DNA from: Flavobacteriales bacterium
Lineage (GTDB): Bacteria; Bacteroidota; Bacteroidia; Flavobacteriales; UBA7312
Reading direction: 5' to 3'
Assembly (NCBI GenBank): GCA_965277895.1
Contig: CBDIDR010000001.1
Span: 1,121,560 to 1,185,559 of the forward strand
Length of the DNA: 64,000 nucleotides
Positions 45,129 to 54,200 of the stretch are shown piece by piece (position 1 is the first letter of the stretch; every line of letters starts with the position of its first letter). The position numbers and the translations under genes are program-made. The notes below the pieces were generated by a model. That model saw only the letters and a program-made list of their open reading frames with translations, ran no database searches and had not been told where the DNA came from.

Positions 45129-48029
45129 TTAATGTTTTGTTACAATAAAGTTGCTTTCTGTATCATAAGAATAGATTTTCAGAAAATATATACCATTAGA
45201 CAAATGAGTAGTATTTATTGAAGGTGATGATGAAGATTCTAATTCATATTTAAATATAATTTGACCTAAAGAATTAGTAAGTTGAATATTATAAGTTTTG
45301 TCAATCAATCCATAAAGATTGATAGTATTAGTAAATGGGTTAGGAAAAACACTAATTACACCATCATTGCTTAGTCGTTCACCACCTAAAGTATAATATT
45401 CAAATTCTGAAAAGGATGTTGACCATGAAGTGCCATTTTCTCCACATGCTCCTTTAATTCTCCAAGAAAATTCATGACCCGAACTAAGTCCGAATTTAGT
45501 TTGTGAATTACTATTTCCATCAATGTTATTCCATTGGAACTGTTGGCCTGTCGTAAGGTTGTTTAACTCTAAAAAGTAATGGTCAGGATTACCACTTTCA
45601 GGAGTATTCCAATTCATAGTTAAGGTTGTTGCAGAAGAATTAGATGATGTAAAGAGTTCATTAGGGAGTTTATCACAAAGGTTTTCTGTAGAAAAATTAT
45701 GAAATTCTCCCCAGCCAGAATGGTACTCTAAATCTGATTCTCCATTTTGATTTTCATTTCCAAAGCACCATGCTTTAGTGTGCCATTGGTAGTCGGTATT
45801 TTCAATAAAGTTCCCTTTTAGTGTATTGATACTATTTTCACCAATTACGTATCTATAATTTTCTTGTCCAATCTCACGCATTTTACCCTTCACTTGCCAA
45901 ATAGAAGACTCCATTTCAGTAGGTGAATCGGCGTTAAATGTTACCCAATTGGCTTCTGTACTAACAGATTGATTTTCCAAATTAGGACATTCAGCTAATG
46001 TTGTAAAATAAGAGGATGCAGACCATTCAGACTGACAGTCAATGCTTAAGTCTGAATTTAAAACGCGACCTCTAATATTCCATATGTATGAAGTAGATGG
46101 CGTCATAAAATATCTATTTCTTGAGGTGCCACCGTATGTGTTATCATCAATTGCCCCAGCAGATATAACTATCCATTCTGATGAAGTTGTAGGTCTGTAT
46201 CTTATCATATAATGTGAAGGTAATTCTTCAGGCAAAGACCAATTAAAACGCACTCTATTGTGAATAATGTTGTCAACCGTTAGACCAGTTGGTGCATTAT
46301 CACAAGGTGAATTAGCATATTGACAAGAACCATCATCTTCAGTAGCTTGTGAATTATAGTTTAAGGCATTTTCATCTACACAGCCATAAACGCAACAGAT
46401 GCAAGAGCCATCATCTGTGTTTGCCAAAGGATTATAGTTAGGTGCATTGGGGTCGGTACATCCAAAAACTTCAACAAAACAAGGAAATTCATGAATTCCT
46501 AAGTTGCTCCAATCATTAGAGTTTAATACTATCCATTCTGAATTGTCAGAAGTAGTACCTGCTGAAGAATACCAATTGTCATTGCCTTCTTCAGTCGAAC
46601 ATTTTCTAACTAAAGTATGATCTTTTGTAGCATTGGATATACCTGCTACTGACCAGCCACTTCCAGGGTCACCATTCCAGTCGCCAATTATGTCAACTAT
46701 ACTATAACCACCTTCTTCTGGAGATGAATTTGAGGAAGGTTGATTGCCGTAAACTAATGCCATTCCATCATCACCATTACTCAGATGAGTTGTAGTCATA
46801 TCAGCTTGCTCTAAAATCTGTGCGTCAGAGGACGGATGAGCAACTATAAAAATACCGTTTGCCTCAACTGTTGAACCTGCATCAAAATAATGCCATGAGT
46901 CATACACTCCAACTTCTTCTGGAGAATTAACAACCAAAGCCAAAGCATAATCATCAAGGCTGACAGTACTTTCTGTTGGGTTATATATTTCTAGATATTT
47001 ATTATTAGAATTTCCTTCAGCATATTCAGAGAAAAATAGTGAAGCAAAAGAATCATTATTTTCATAAATACATGAACCGTCATCGTCAATAGCATCCGGA
47101 TTGTAATTGAGGGCTAAGGGGTCAGTACAACCATTATTATAAACCAGTCGAATACCTACTGGCATATGGTCGGTGATATAGCTATCGTAATTGTCAAAAC
47201 CACCAACAATATAGTTGTCCACTGGAATGGTCAGCACTTCGCCACCTTCGGAGTTTAAATCGTCAAATAGTTCATTAGTTACAAGTAAGTGGTCAATATG
47301 GCTTGGCCAGTTAGGAAATGAAAAGTTTTGAGGATTTCCGTTGGCAATATCAATATCTGCAAACAGATAGTTTTCCGAATCATCTATAAAATCTTGGAAT
47401 ACATTATCCTCATAATCATCTGTTAGCTCATCATTATAATCACCTAGAACGATAACATTTTCGTCTGGTAGATAAGTGTCAATATATGTTTTGATATAAC
47501 CAAGGGCTAACCATCGCCTATATTCTTCGTCCGAGCTGTCTGTAGTATCAAAATTACCATCTCCGCAGCATTTCAAGTGTATATTAATAACGTAATATTC
47601 AAAGTTATTTTTCTCTAGATGAATGAGGTAGGGGGAGCGACCAGCAAAAGCATAGTTATAAGTCTCTTCGGCATAAATTTTATATTCATCAATAACTGTA
47701 ACATCGTCTTTTACGGCATATGCTAGATTTATGCCTCCATAATTAGCATCTGAAACATATCCGCTATAACCTTCAATATTTGCTAGCATATTCTCGAATG
47801 CCATCATGTCGTTTATCTCTTGAAAACCAATCACTTCAGACTCCAATTCTATTATAATATCGGAAACATAGTTAATCGTTGTTTCACCATCTTTAGGGAA
47901 GCTTTCGAGGTTCCATGTGGCGACATCGAAGGTTTCTTCAGTACCAAAACTTAAGTCTGAAAGACTTTGTGCAAATGAAGAAAATGAAATAAATAGGAGT
48001 AAAAACAGATAGTTTTTAGCTAAAGACAT
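45129..48029 (-). CDS. T9SS-secreted DNase I-like (EEP) nuclease/phosphatase with lamin-tail domain, FN3-like triplet and type A CTD
   Basis: TWNLE, QEI, HLKCC, LGDYND, IDH, TDHMP; LFFSEYAEGNSNNKYLEIYNP; VFPNPF...GIYFLKI. Confidence 0.87.
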   Translation of the reverse strand: MSLAKNYLFLLLFISFSSFAQSLSDLSFGTEETFDVATWNLESFPKDGETTINYVSDIIIELESEVIGFQEINDMMAFENMLANIEGYSGYVSDANYGGINLAYAVKDDVTVIDEYKIYAEETYNYAFAGRSPYLIHLEKNNFEYYVINIHLKCCGDGNFDTTDSSDEEYRRWLALGYIKTYIDTYLPDENVIVLGDYNDELTDDYEDNVFQDFIDDSENYLFADIDIANGNPQNFSFPNWPSHIDHLLVTNELFDDLNSEGGEVLTIPVDNYIVGGFDNYDSYITDHMPVGIRLVYNNGCTDPLALNYNPDAIDDDGSCIYENNDSFASLFFSEYAEGNSNNKYLEIYNPTESTVSLDDYALALVVNSPEEVGVYDSWHYFDAGSTVEANGIFIVAHPSSDAQILEQADMTTTHLSNGDDGMALVYGNQPSSNSSPEEGGYSIVDIIGDWNGDPGSGWSVAGISNATKDHTLVRKCSTEEGNDNWYSSAGTTSDNSEWIVLNSNDWSNLGIHEFPCFVEVFGCTDPNAPNYNPLANTDDGSCICCVYGCVDENALNYNSQATEDDGSCQYANSPCDNAPTGLTVDNIIHNRVRFNWSLPEELPSHYMIRYRPTTSSEWIVISAGAIDDNTYGGTSRNRYFMTPSTSYIWNIRGRVLNSDLSIDCQSEWSASSYFTTLAECPNLENQSVSTEANWVTFNADSPTEMESSIWQVKGKMREIGQENYRYVIGENSINTLKGNFIENTDYQWHTKAWCFGNENQNGESDLEYHSGWGEFHNFSTENLCDKLPNELFTSSNSSATTLTMNWNTPESGNPDHYFLELNNLTTGQQFQWNNIDGNSNSQTKFGLSSGHEFSWRIKGACGENGTSWSTSFSEFEYYTLGGERLSNDGVISVFPNPFTNTINLYGLIDKTYNIQLTNSLGQIIFKYELESSSSPSINTTHLSNGIYFLKIYSYDTESNFIVTKH

Positions 48030-48100
48030 AGGTTAAATGTTAGTTATTGCTAAGTTAAGAAAAGCAAGTCTAATAAAATCATTTAAAACGTTAATAATCG

Positions 48101-48108
48101 TATTTTTG
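48101..48108 (+). promoter_or_regulatory. -7 promoter element only 4 nt before the ATG at 48113
   Basis: TATTTTTG-tggc-ATG. Confidence 0.5.
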
Positions 48109-48112
48109 TGGC

Positions 48113-49150
48113 ATGCGAAATACCTTAACAATTTTATCTCTCTTTATTTCTACCTTAACTTTCGGACAAAGTTTAAATGATCTTTTTTTTGGGGAAAGTG
48201 ATGCTTTTGAAGCCGTAACGTGGAACTTAGAGTTTTTTCCAAAAAATAATCAAACTACTATTGATTCAACTGCACTAGCAATTAGCCGATTGGATGCCGA
48301 TGTCTTTGCTTTACAAGAAATAGATGATGTCAATGCCTTTCAGCAATTAGCTAATAGTTTGCCAAACTATGAGGGCTACATTATTCCAGATAATTACGGA
48401 AATTTGACTTTAGCGTATTTGGTTAAAGAAAATGTAGAAGTCGTTAACCATATGTCCATTTATACTTCTTCTTCATATAATACTATGTTTGCTGGAAGAC
48501 CACCATATTTAATTCAGCTTATACATAACGGAACTACGTATTATTTAATCAATGTTCATTTCAAATGTTGTGGAGACGGCACACTCAACATATCTGACTA
48601 TTCTGATGAAGAATACAGACGACTTCAAGCATCAAATCAAATCAAAACGTATATAGATAGTTACCTGCCAGATGAAAATGTGATTGTTTTGGGTGATTAC
48701 AACGATTTGCTCGAAGAAGGAGAGTCCAATAACGTATTTCAGTCAATTATAGATGATTCGGAAAACTATCTATTTGCGGATATGTTAATAGCTCAACAAA
48801 CTAGCTCAAATTGGTCTTTTCCATCATGGCCATCTCATTTAGACCATATTTTGATTACCAATGAACTCATTGATGATTTCAATAATTCTTACAATAATGT
48901 TCAAACTATCTTGATGGATAATTATTTTTCAAATGGTTTTTATGGTTATGACAATTGTATTTCTGATCACCGACCAGTTGCTATCAAACTTTTTCAGACC
49001 CCATCAAATATAGAGGAGGAGAATAAGGCACCTTCAAAACTTAAAGGAATTCGTGATATACAGGGTAGAAAGACCCTTCCTCAATCAAATAATTTACAGT
49101 TTTATTACTATGAGAACGGAACTGTAGAAAAACATTTTATAATCAATTAA
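48113..49150 (+). CDS. Secreted DNase I-like (EEP) paralog with short variant tail
   Basis: Signal TFG|Q; TWNLE, LQEI, HFKCC, LGDYND, LDH, SDHRP; tail DIQGRK...YYYENGTVEKHFIIN. Confidence 0.87.
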   Translation: MRNTLTILSLFISTLTFGQSLNDLFFGESDAFEAVTWNLEFFPKNNQTTIDSTALAISRLDADVFALQEIDDVNAFQQLANSLPNYEGYIIPDNYGNLTLAYLVKENVEVVNHMSIYTSSSYNTMFAGRPPYLIQLIHNGTTYYLINVHFKCCGDGTLNISDYSDEEYRRLQASNQIKTYIDSYLPDENVIVLGDYNDLLEEGESNNVFQSIIDDSENYLFADMLIAQQTSSNWSFPSWPSHLDHILITNELIDDFNNSYNNVQTILMDNYFSNGFYGYDNCISDHRPVAIKLFQTPSNIEEENKAPSKLKGIRDIQGRKTLPQSNNLQFYYYENGTVEKHFIIN

Positions 49151-49152
49151 GT

Positions 49153-49857
49153 ATGGATTTAAAAGGCAAGCACATTTTATTAACCGGAGGTAGTTTGGGT
49201 ATTGGTAAATCAACAGCCAAGAAGTTAGTGGATAAAGGAGCAAAGGTTTTAATCACAGGACGTAATGCTGAACGCTTAAAAGTTGCTTCTGAATATTCAG
49301 GTGCTGAAGCTATTGTGTTTGATGTTTCTGATTTGGATAATATCACTGAAAATGCTCAGAAATGCCTTGACCTATTGGACGGTAAAGTGGATGTCCTAAT
49401 TAACAATGCAGGAATTGGTTCATTTGAAAAAGTCGAAGATATAAATCACGAGCAATTTCTAGAAGTATTTAATACTAACGTTTTTGGTTTGGCTTTATTA
49501 AGTAAAGAGATAATTCCTACAATGAAATCTCAACAATCGGCTACGATTATTAATATTGGTTCTTCAGCAAGTGTTAAAGGTTTTGCCAGAGGAAGCGTTT
49601 ATGCTGCCTCAAAATTTGCAGTTAGAGCTTTGACACAATGTTGGCAAGCAGAATTACGACCTTTTAACATAAGAGTATGTCAGCTAAACCCTAGTGAAGT
49701 GACAACTGCTTTTTACAATCAAGAGCGTATAGAGAGGGTAGAAGAAAAGAAAAAACTATCGCCTAATGAAATAGCTCACTCCATTATATCAGTACTGGAA
49801 ATGGAAGATAAAGGCTTCATTACCGAACTAAATGTTTGGGCAACTAATCCTTTTTAA
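49153..49857 (+). CDS. SDR family oxidoreductase
   Basis: TGGSLGIG, NNAG, YAASK. Confidence 0.92.
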   Translation: MDLKGKHILLTGGSLGIGKSTAKKLVDKGAKVLITGRNAERLKVASEYSGAEAIVFDVSDLDNITENAQKCLDLLDGKVDVLINNAGIGSFEKVEDINHEQFLEVFNTNVFGLALLSKEIIPTMKSQQSATIINIGSSASVKGFARGSVYAASKFAVRALTQCWQAELRPFNIRVCQLNPSEVTTAFYNQERIERVEEKKKLSPNEIAHSIISVLEMEDKGFITELNVWATNPF

Positions 49858-49863
49858 TTAATT

Positions 49864-50073
49864 CTATTTTTTCTTATCGAAAAAGGCATCTAGTATAGTC
49901 TTAAGTCCTTTGTAAGCAAAGAAGAATAGACATAAGATAAAGAAAACGCCCAATGCTTGTAATGCCAAACTGCCTTTGCTATTGCCAATAAATAAAGTGA
50001 CAGCAGCAGTAAAAATAAAAAAGATGGACATGGAAATCCATATCATGCCATTACTCAGTTTTTGTTTATCCAT
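49864..50073 (-). CDS. Small 2-TM membrane protein (DUF6095-like)
   Basis: Two hydrophobic helices, KGLKTILDAFF; overlaps the murQ stop. Confidence 0.6.
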   Translation of the reverse strand: MDKQKLSNGMIWISMSIFFIFTAAVTLFIGNSKGSLALQALGVFFILCLFFFAYKGLKTILDAFFDKKK

Positions 50074-50875
50074 TGTTGTATTTGTTTAGGGCGGCTCTTA
50101 CGCTTCCGGTTTGCTCTATTAATTCTTTGGCAGAATCGTAGTCCAGTCCTGTTTCTTCAGCTACCATAAGTGTGCCTCTATCAACAAGCTTATCGTTACT
50201 TAACTGCATATCCACCATTCTATTTCCCTTTACTCTTCCTAACTTTATCATTAATGAAGTAGAAATCATATTCAACACTAATTTTTGTGCTGTGCCAGCC
50301 TTCATTCGTGTACTACCCGTTACAAATTCAGGGCCAACAACAACTTCAATAGGGAATTGAGATACTGAAGCAAGGGGAGAGCCTTCATTACACGTAATAC
50401 AAGCCGTAAGTATATTATTTGATTTACATTTTTCAAGACCTCCAATAACGTAAGGTGTTGTACCAGAAGCAGCTATACCTATTACGGAATCTAATTCACT
50501 AATATTATGCTCTTTTAAGTCTTTCCAAGCTTGTAGAGTATCATCTTCAGCAAATTCAACGGCTTTTCTAATAGCTGAATCGCCACCAGCTATAATACCT
50601 ATTACATGGTCGTGAGATACTCCAAATGTTGGAGGGCATTCTGAGGCATCGACAATACCTAATCTTCCACTAGTGCCAGCACCTATGTAGAACAGTCGAC
50701 CGCCTTTTTCCATTCTAGAGAAAATAGCATTAACAGTTTCCTCAATCATTGGAATAACAGCTTCAACAGAAGTTGCTACCTTTTTATCTTCTTCATTGAT
50801 ACCCTTTAATAGACTTAGAGTATCCATTTTGTCTAGATTATTGTGATTGGAAACTTGTTCGGTTGTTTTTTTCAT
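50066..50875 (-). CDS. murQ: N-acetylmuramic acid 6-phosphate etherase
   Basis: GAGTSGRLGIVDASECPPTFG, GPEFVTGSTRMKAGTAQK, GNRMVD. Confidence 0.96.
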   Translation of the reverse strand: MKKTTEQVSNHNNLDKMDTLSLLKGINEEDKKVATSVEAVIPMIEETVNAIFSRMEKGGRLFYIGAGTSGRLGIVDASECPPTFGVSHDHVIGIIAGGDSAIRKAVEFAEDDTLQAWKDLKEHNISELDSVIGIAASGTTPYVIGGLEKCKSNNILTACITCNEGSPLASVSQFPIEVVVGPEFVTGSTRMKAGTAQKLVLNMISTSLMIKLGRVKGNRMVDMQLSNDKLVDRGTLMVAEETGLDYDSAKELIEQTGSVRAALNKYNNG

Positions 50876-50878
50876 TCT

Positions 50879-53296
50879 CTATAATGTGGGGTATTTTTTA
50901 GGGTTATGTTCGTGCATAATATCATAAACCTTTTCAAAAATATCATCCGTATTAGGTTTAGAGAAATAATCTCCATCTTCACCATAAGCAGGTCGGTGGT
51001 CTTTTGATGAAATTGTTTTTGGCTCACAATCTAAGTGGAAATATCCTTTTTGTTCTTCCAATACTTTTTGCATCATAAAGGCAGTAGCACCAGCCGATAC
51101 ATCTTCGTCAATAAAGACCACTTTATTAGTCTTTTTTAGGCTTTCTACAATAGCATGATTTGTATCAAATGGTAATAAGCTTTGAACGTCGATAACCTCA
51201 CATGAAACTTCAACTTTCTCTAGTTCTTTGGCTGCTTCGCTTACAATTCGCCAAGTAGAACCATATGTTACTAGAGTGATATCACTTCCTTCTTTAGTAA
51301 TTTCTGGTACACCTACTGGTGTAGTAAATTCACCAAGATTTGAAGGTAATTTTTCTTTTAATCGGTAACCGTTTAGGCATTCTACTACAATAGCTGGTTC
51401 ATCACTTTTCAGTAGTGTATTGTAAAAACCAGCTGCCTTGGTCATATTTCGAGGGACAAGTACATGCATACCTCTTAAGCCATTTAGCATCATGCCGAGA
51501 GGTGAGCCAGAATGCCAAATGCCTTCTAGTCTATGGCCTCTTGTTCTAATGATTAAAGGAGCTTTTTGTTTACCTTTTGTTCTATAATGAAGGGTTGATA
51601 AATCATCAGACATACCCTGAAAACAGTAAAGTAAATAGTCCAAATATTGGATTTCTGCGATAGGTCTAAGTCCTCGCATAGCCATACCAATTCCTTGTCC
51701 TAAAATAGTTGCTTCACGAATACCAGTATCAGATACCCTAAGTTCACCATACTTTTGTTGTAAGCCCTCAAGTCCTTGATTAACACCACCAATCTGCCCG
51801 CTATCTTCTCCAAAGACCAACACTTCAGGGTGCTTTGAAAGAATTGCATCAAAATTATCTCGGATAATTACTCTAGCATCAACTTCTTCGGCATCACTAT
51901 TGTAGCTTGGCTCAATTGACTCTACTTTATCTATGGATTGTTTTGACTGACTGTATAGATGAGAACTGTATCTGTCTTGATTTTCATCATTCCACAAACT
52001 CAGTTGAGTTTTAATTTTTTGTTTAGCATTCGTATTTTCTCCTCTAACTAGTCGTAGGGCTGAACGCAAAGCGGAAAATATATTTCTACGGTGTGGATTA
52101 AGTTTGGCATCAAACTCTAGCTTTTCTTTGATGGATTTAATGAAAACTCCATTTGAACTTTCGTTTATTAACTCATCCAATAATTGAGTTGCTAGACTTA
52201 ACTCAGAGAGAATAGGGGATTGGTAAGCCTTCCAGGCTGTATTTTTTTGCTTTGAAACCTCTTTTTTAATTTCAGCCCTCAAAGTATCAAGTTCTTCAGT
52301 ATTTGAAATAGAATTGCTTACAATCCATTCTTTAAACAAGTCGATACAATCAAAATCTGATTCCCACTGTAAACGTTCTTTGGATTTATACCTTTCATGA
52401 GAGCCTGAAGTAGAATGCCCTTGTGGCTGGGTCATTTCTATGACGTGAACTAGAACAGGAACGTGTTCTTTCCTAGCTATTTTTTCAGCTTTTTCATAGG
52501 CTTCAATTAAAGCGGGATAATCCCATCCTTTTACTTTTATAATCTCAAAACCTTTTCCATTCTTATCTCTTTGGAATCCTTTGAGTATTTCGGAAATATT
52601 TTCCTTTGTAGTTTGATGCTTACTGTGTACAGAAATACCATACCCATCGTCCCAAACAGACATAACCATTGGGATTTGCAAAACTCCTGCAGCATTAATG
52701 GCTTCAAAAAAGTGACCTTCTGAGGTTGATGCATTTCCTATAGTACCCCAAGCAATTTCATTTCCATTTTTAGAAAAAGATGTCCAGTCTTTGAGGTCTT
52801 TATTTTCTCTAAATACTTTTGACGCCTGAGCAAGACCTACTAATCTAGGCATTTGACCTGCTGTACAAGAAATATCCGATGCTGAATTGTATTGTTCTGT
52901 TAGAGCTCTCCAACTACCATCTTCATTTAGAGATTGAGTTGAAAAGTGTGCTACCATCTGACGGCCACCAGACTGTGGCTCGGCATCTATATCTGCATGA
53001 CCATACAGAGCAGCAAAAAATTGCTGAACAGTTAATTCGTCGATAGCCATCATAAAGGTTTGGTCTCTGTAGTATCCTGAGCGGAAATCACCCTTTTTAA
53101 AACAGCGAGCCATGGCTATTTGAGCTAACTCTTTACCATCACCAAAGATTCCAAAACTTCCCTTACCAGAAAGAACTTCTCTTCGCCCCATAAGACTCAT
53201 CTCTCTACTTCTACAAGCTACTTTATAGTCATTAATGACAGATGCAGTAAAATCGTTGTAGGTGAGTTCTTCTGTTTTGGATTCTTTTGTAGTCAT
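50879..53296 (-). CDS. Fused alpha/beta E1 of a 2-oxoacid (probably branched-chain) dehydrogenase
   Basis: SGYYRDQ, GNASTSEG, GHSTSGSH, FGED, DTGIREATI, AEIQY, GIWHS. Confidence 0.88.
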   Translation of the reverse strand: MTTKESKTEELTYNDFTASVINDYKVACRSREMSLMGRREVLSGKGSFGIFGDGKELAQIAMARCFKKGDFRSGYYRDQTFMMAIDELTVQQFFAALYGHADIDAEPQSGGRQMVAHFSTQSLNEDGSWRALTEQYNSASDISCTAGQMPRLVGLAQASKVFRENKDLKDWTSFSKNGNEIAWGTIGNASTSEGHFFEAINAAGVLQIPMVMSVWDDGYGISVHSKHQTTKENISEILKGFQRDKNGKGFEIIKVKGWDYPALIEAYEKAEKIARKEHVPVLVHVIEMTQPQGHSTSGSHERYKSKERLQWESDFDCIDLFKEWIVSNSISNTEELDTLRAEIKKEVSKQKNTAWKAYQSPILSELSLATQLLDELINESSNGVFIKSIKEKLEFDAKLNPHRRNIFSALRSALRLVRGENTNAKQKIKTQLSLWNDENQDRYSSHLYSQSKQSIDKVESIEPSYNSDAEEVDARVIIRDNFDAILSKHPEVLVFGEDSGQIGGVNQGLEGLQQKYGELRVSDTGIREATILGQGIGMAMRGLRPIAEIQYLDYLLYCFQGMSDDLSTLHYRTKGKQKAPLIIRTRGHRLEGIWHSGSPLGMMLNGLRGMHVLVPRNMTKAAGFYNTLLKSDEPAIVVECLNGYRLKEKLPSNLGEFTTPVGVPEITKEGSDITLVTYGSTWRIVSEAAKELEKVEVSCEVIDVQSLLPFDTNHAIVESLKKTNKVVFIDEDVSAGATAFMMQKVLEEQKGYFHLDCEPKTISSKDHRPAYGEDGDYFSKPNTDDIFEKVYDIMHEHNPKKYPTL

Positions 53297-53338
53297 TTAG
53301 CTTGGGGTTTGATTTCGCGAAATTAAGAAAAAACAGCC

Positions 53339-54193
53339 TTATAGTAAGATGTCAAGTATGACAAATGCACCAAAAACAACAGACGCAATACCATTTGTAG
53401 TGAAAAAAGCTAAATTAACTCTACTCAAGTCTTTTTCAGAAATGATAGTATGTTGATATATTAGTAGGGCAGAGAACAATGCAAAACCAATCCAATATAG
53501 TAGATTTATTTCTAGTAATACTCCTGCATATGCAAGAGAGAGGAAGGTGATGAGATGGAAAAATTTACTCAAATTCAAGGCCTTTTTTCTACCTAAGAAT
53601 ACGGGTATAGAATTTAGTTTATTCTCTTTATCAAAGGTATCATCCTGAAGGGCGTAGATGATATCAAATCCAGATACCCAAAACAATACAGCAACTGAAA
53701 ATAAAATGGGAGTTAGTGCAAATTCTCCAGATACTGCCAAATATGCACCTAGTGGTGCTAGTGCTAATCCTAAACCTAAAACTAGGTGGCACAAAGACGT
53801 AAATCTTTTGGTGTAGCTGTAACCTAAAACAACTATCAATGCAATGGGTGATAAATAAAAACAAAGTGTATTTATAAAATAGGTTGTAATTATAAAGTTT
53901 ACACTAGTGAAAATAACAAATAGGAGTGCTGCCTTAGGACTAATTACACCTTTTGGAATTTCACGAACTTCGGCCGTTCGTGGATTTTTTAAATCAATAT
54001 CCCTATCAATATATCTATTAAATGCCATAGCAGCAGAACGAGCAAATACCATACACATCAATACCAAAACCAAATTTCCCCAATCAAAACCAAACTGACT
54101 ACTTGCTAAGAAAAAACCGATTAGAGCAAATGGCAATGCAAACACAGTATGACTGAATTTTATAAGCGATAGGTAATTATTTAGTGTTGCCAT
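53339..54193 (-). CDS. UbiA-family polyprenyltransferase (MqnP-like)
   Basis: IKFSHTVFALPFA, ARSAAMAFNRYIDRDID..NPRT, YSYTKRFT, GFDIIYALQD. Confidence 0.85.
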   Translation of the reverse strand: MATLNNYLSLIKFSHTVFALPFALIGFFLASSQFGFDWGNLVLVLMCMVFARSAAMAFNRYIDRDIDLKNPRTAEVREIPKGVISPKAALLFVIFTSVNFIITTYFINTLCFYLSPIALIVVLGYSYTKRFTSLCHLVLGLGLALAPLGAYLAVSGEFALTPILFSVAVLFWVSGFDIIYALQDDTFDKENKLNSIPVFLGRKKALNLSKFFHLITFLSLAYAGVLLEINLLYWIGFALFSALLIYQHTIISEKDLSRVNLAFFTTNGIASVVFGAFVILDILL

Positions 54194-54200
54194 AGTTGAT

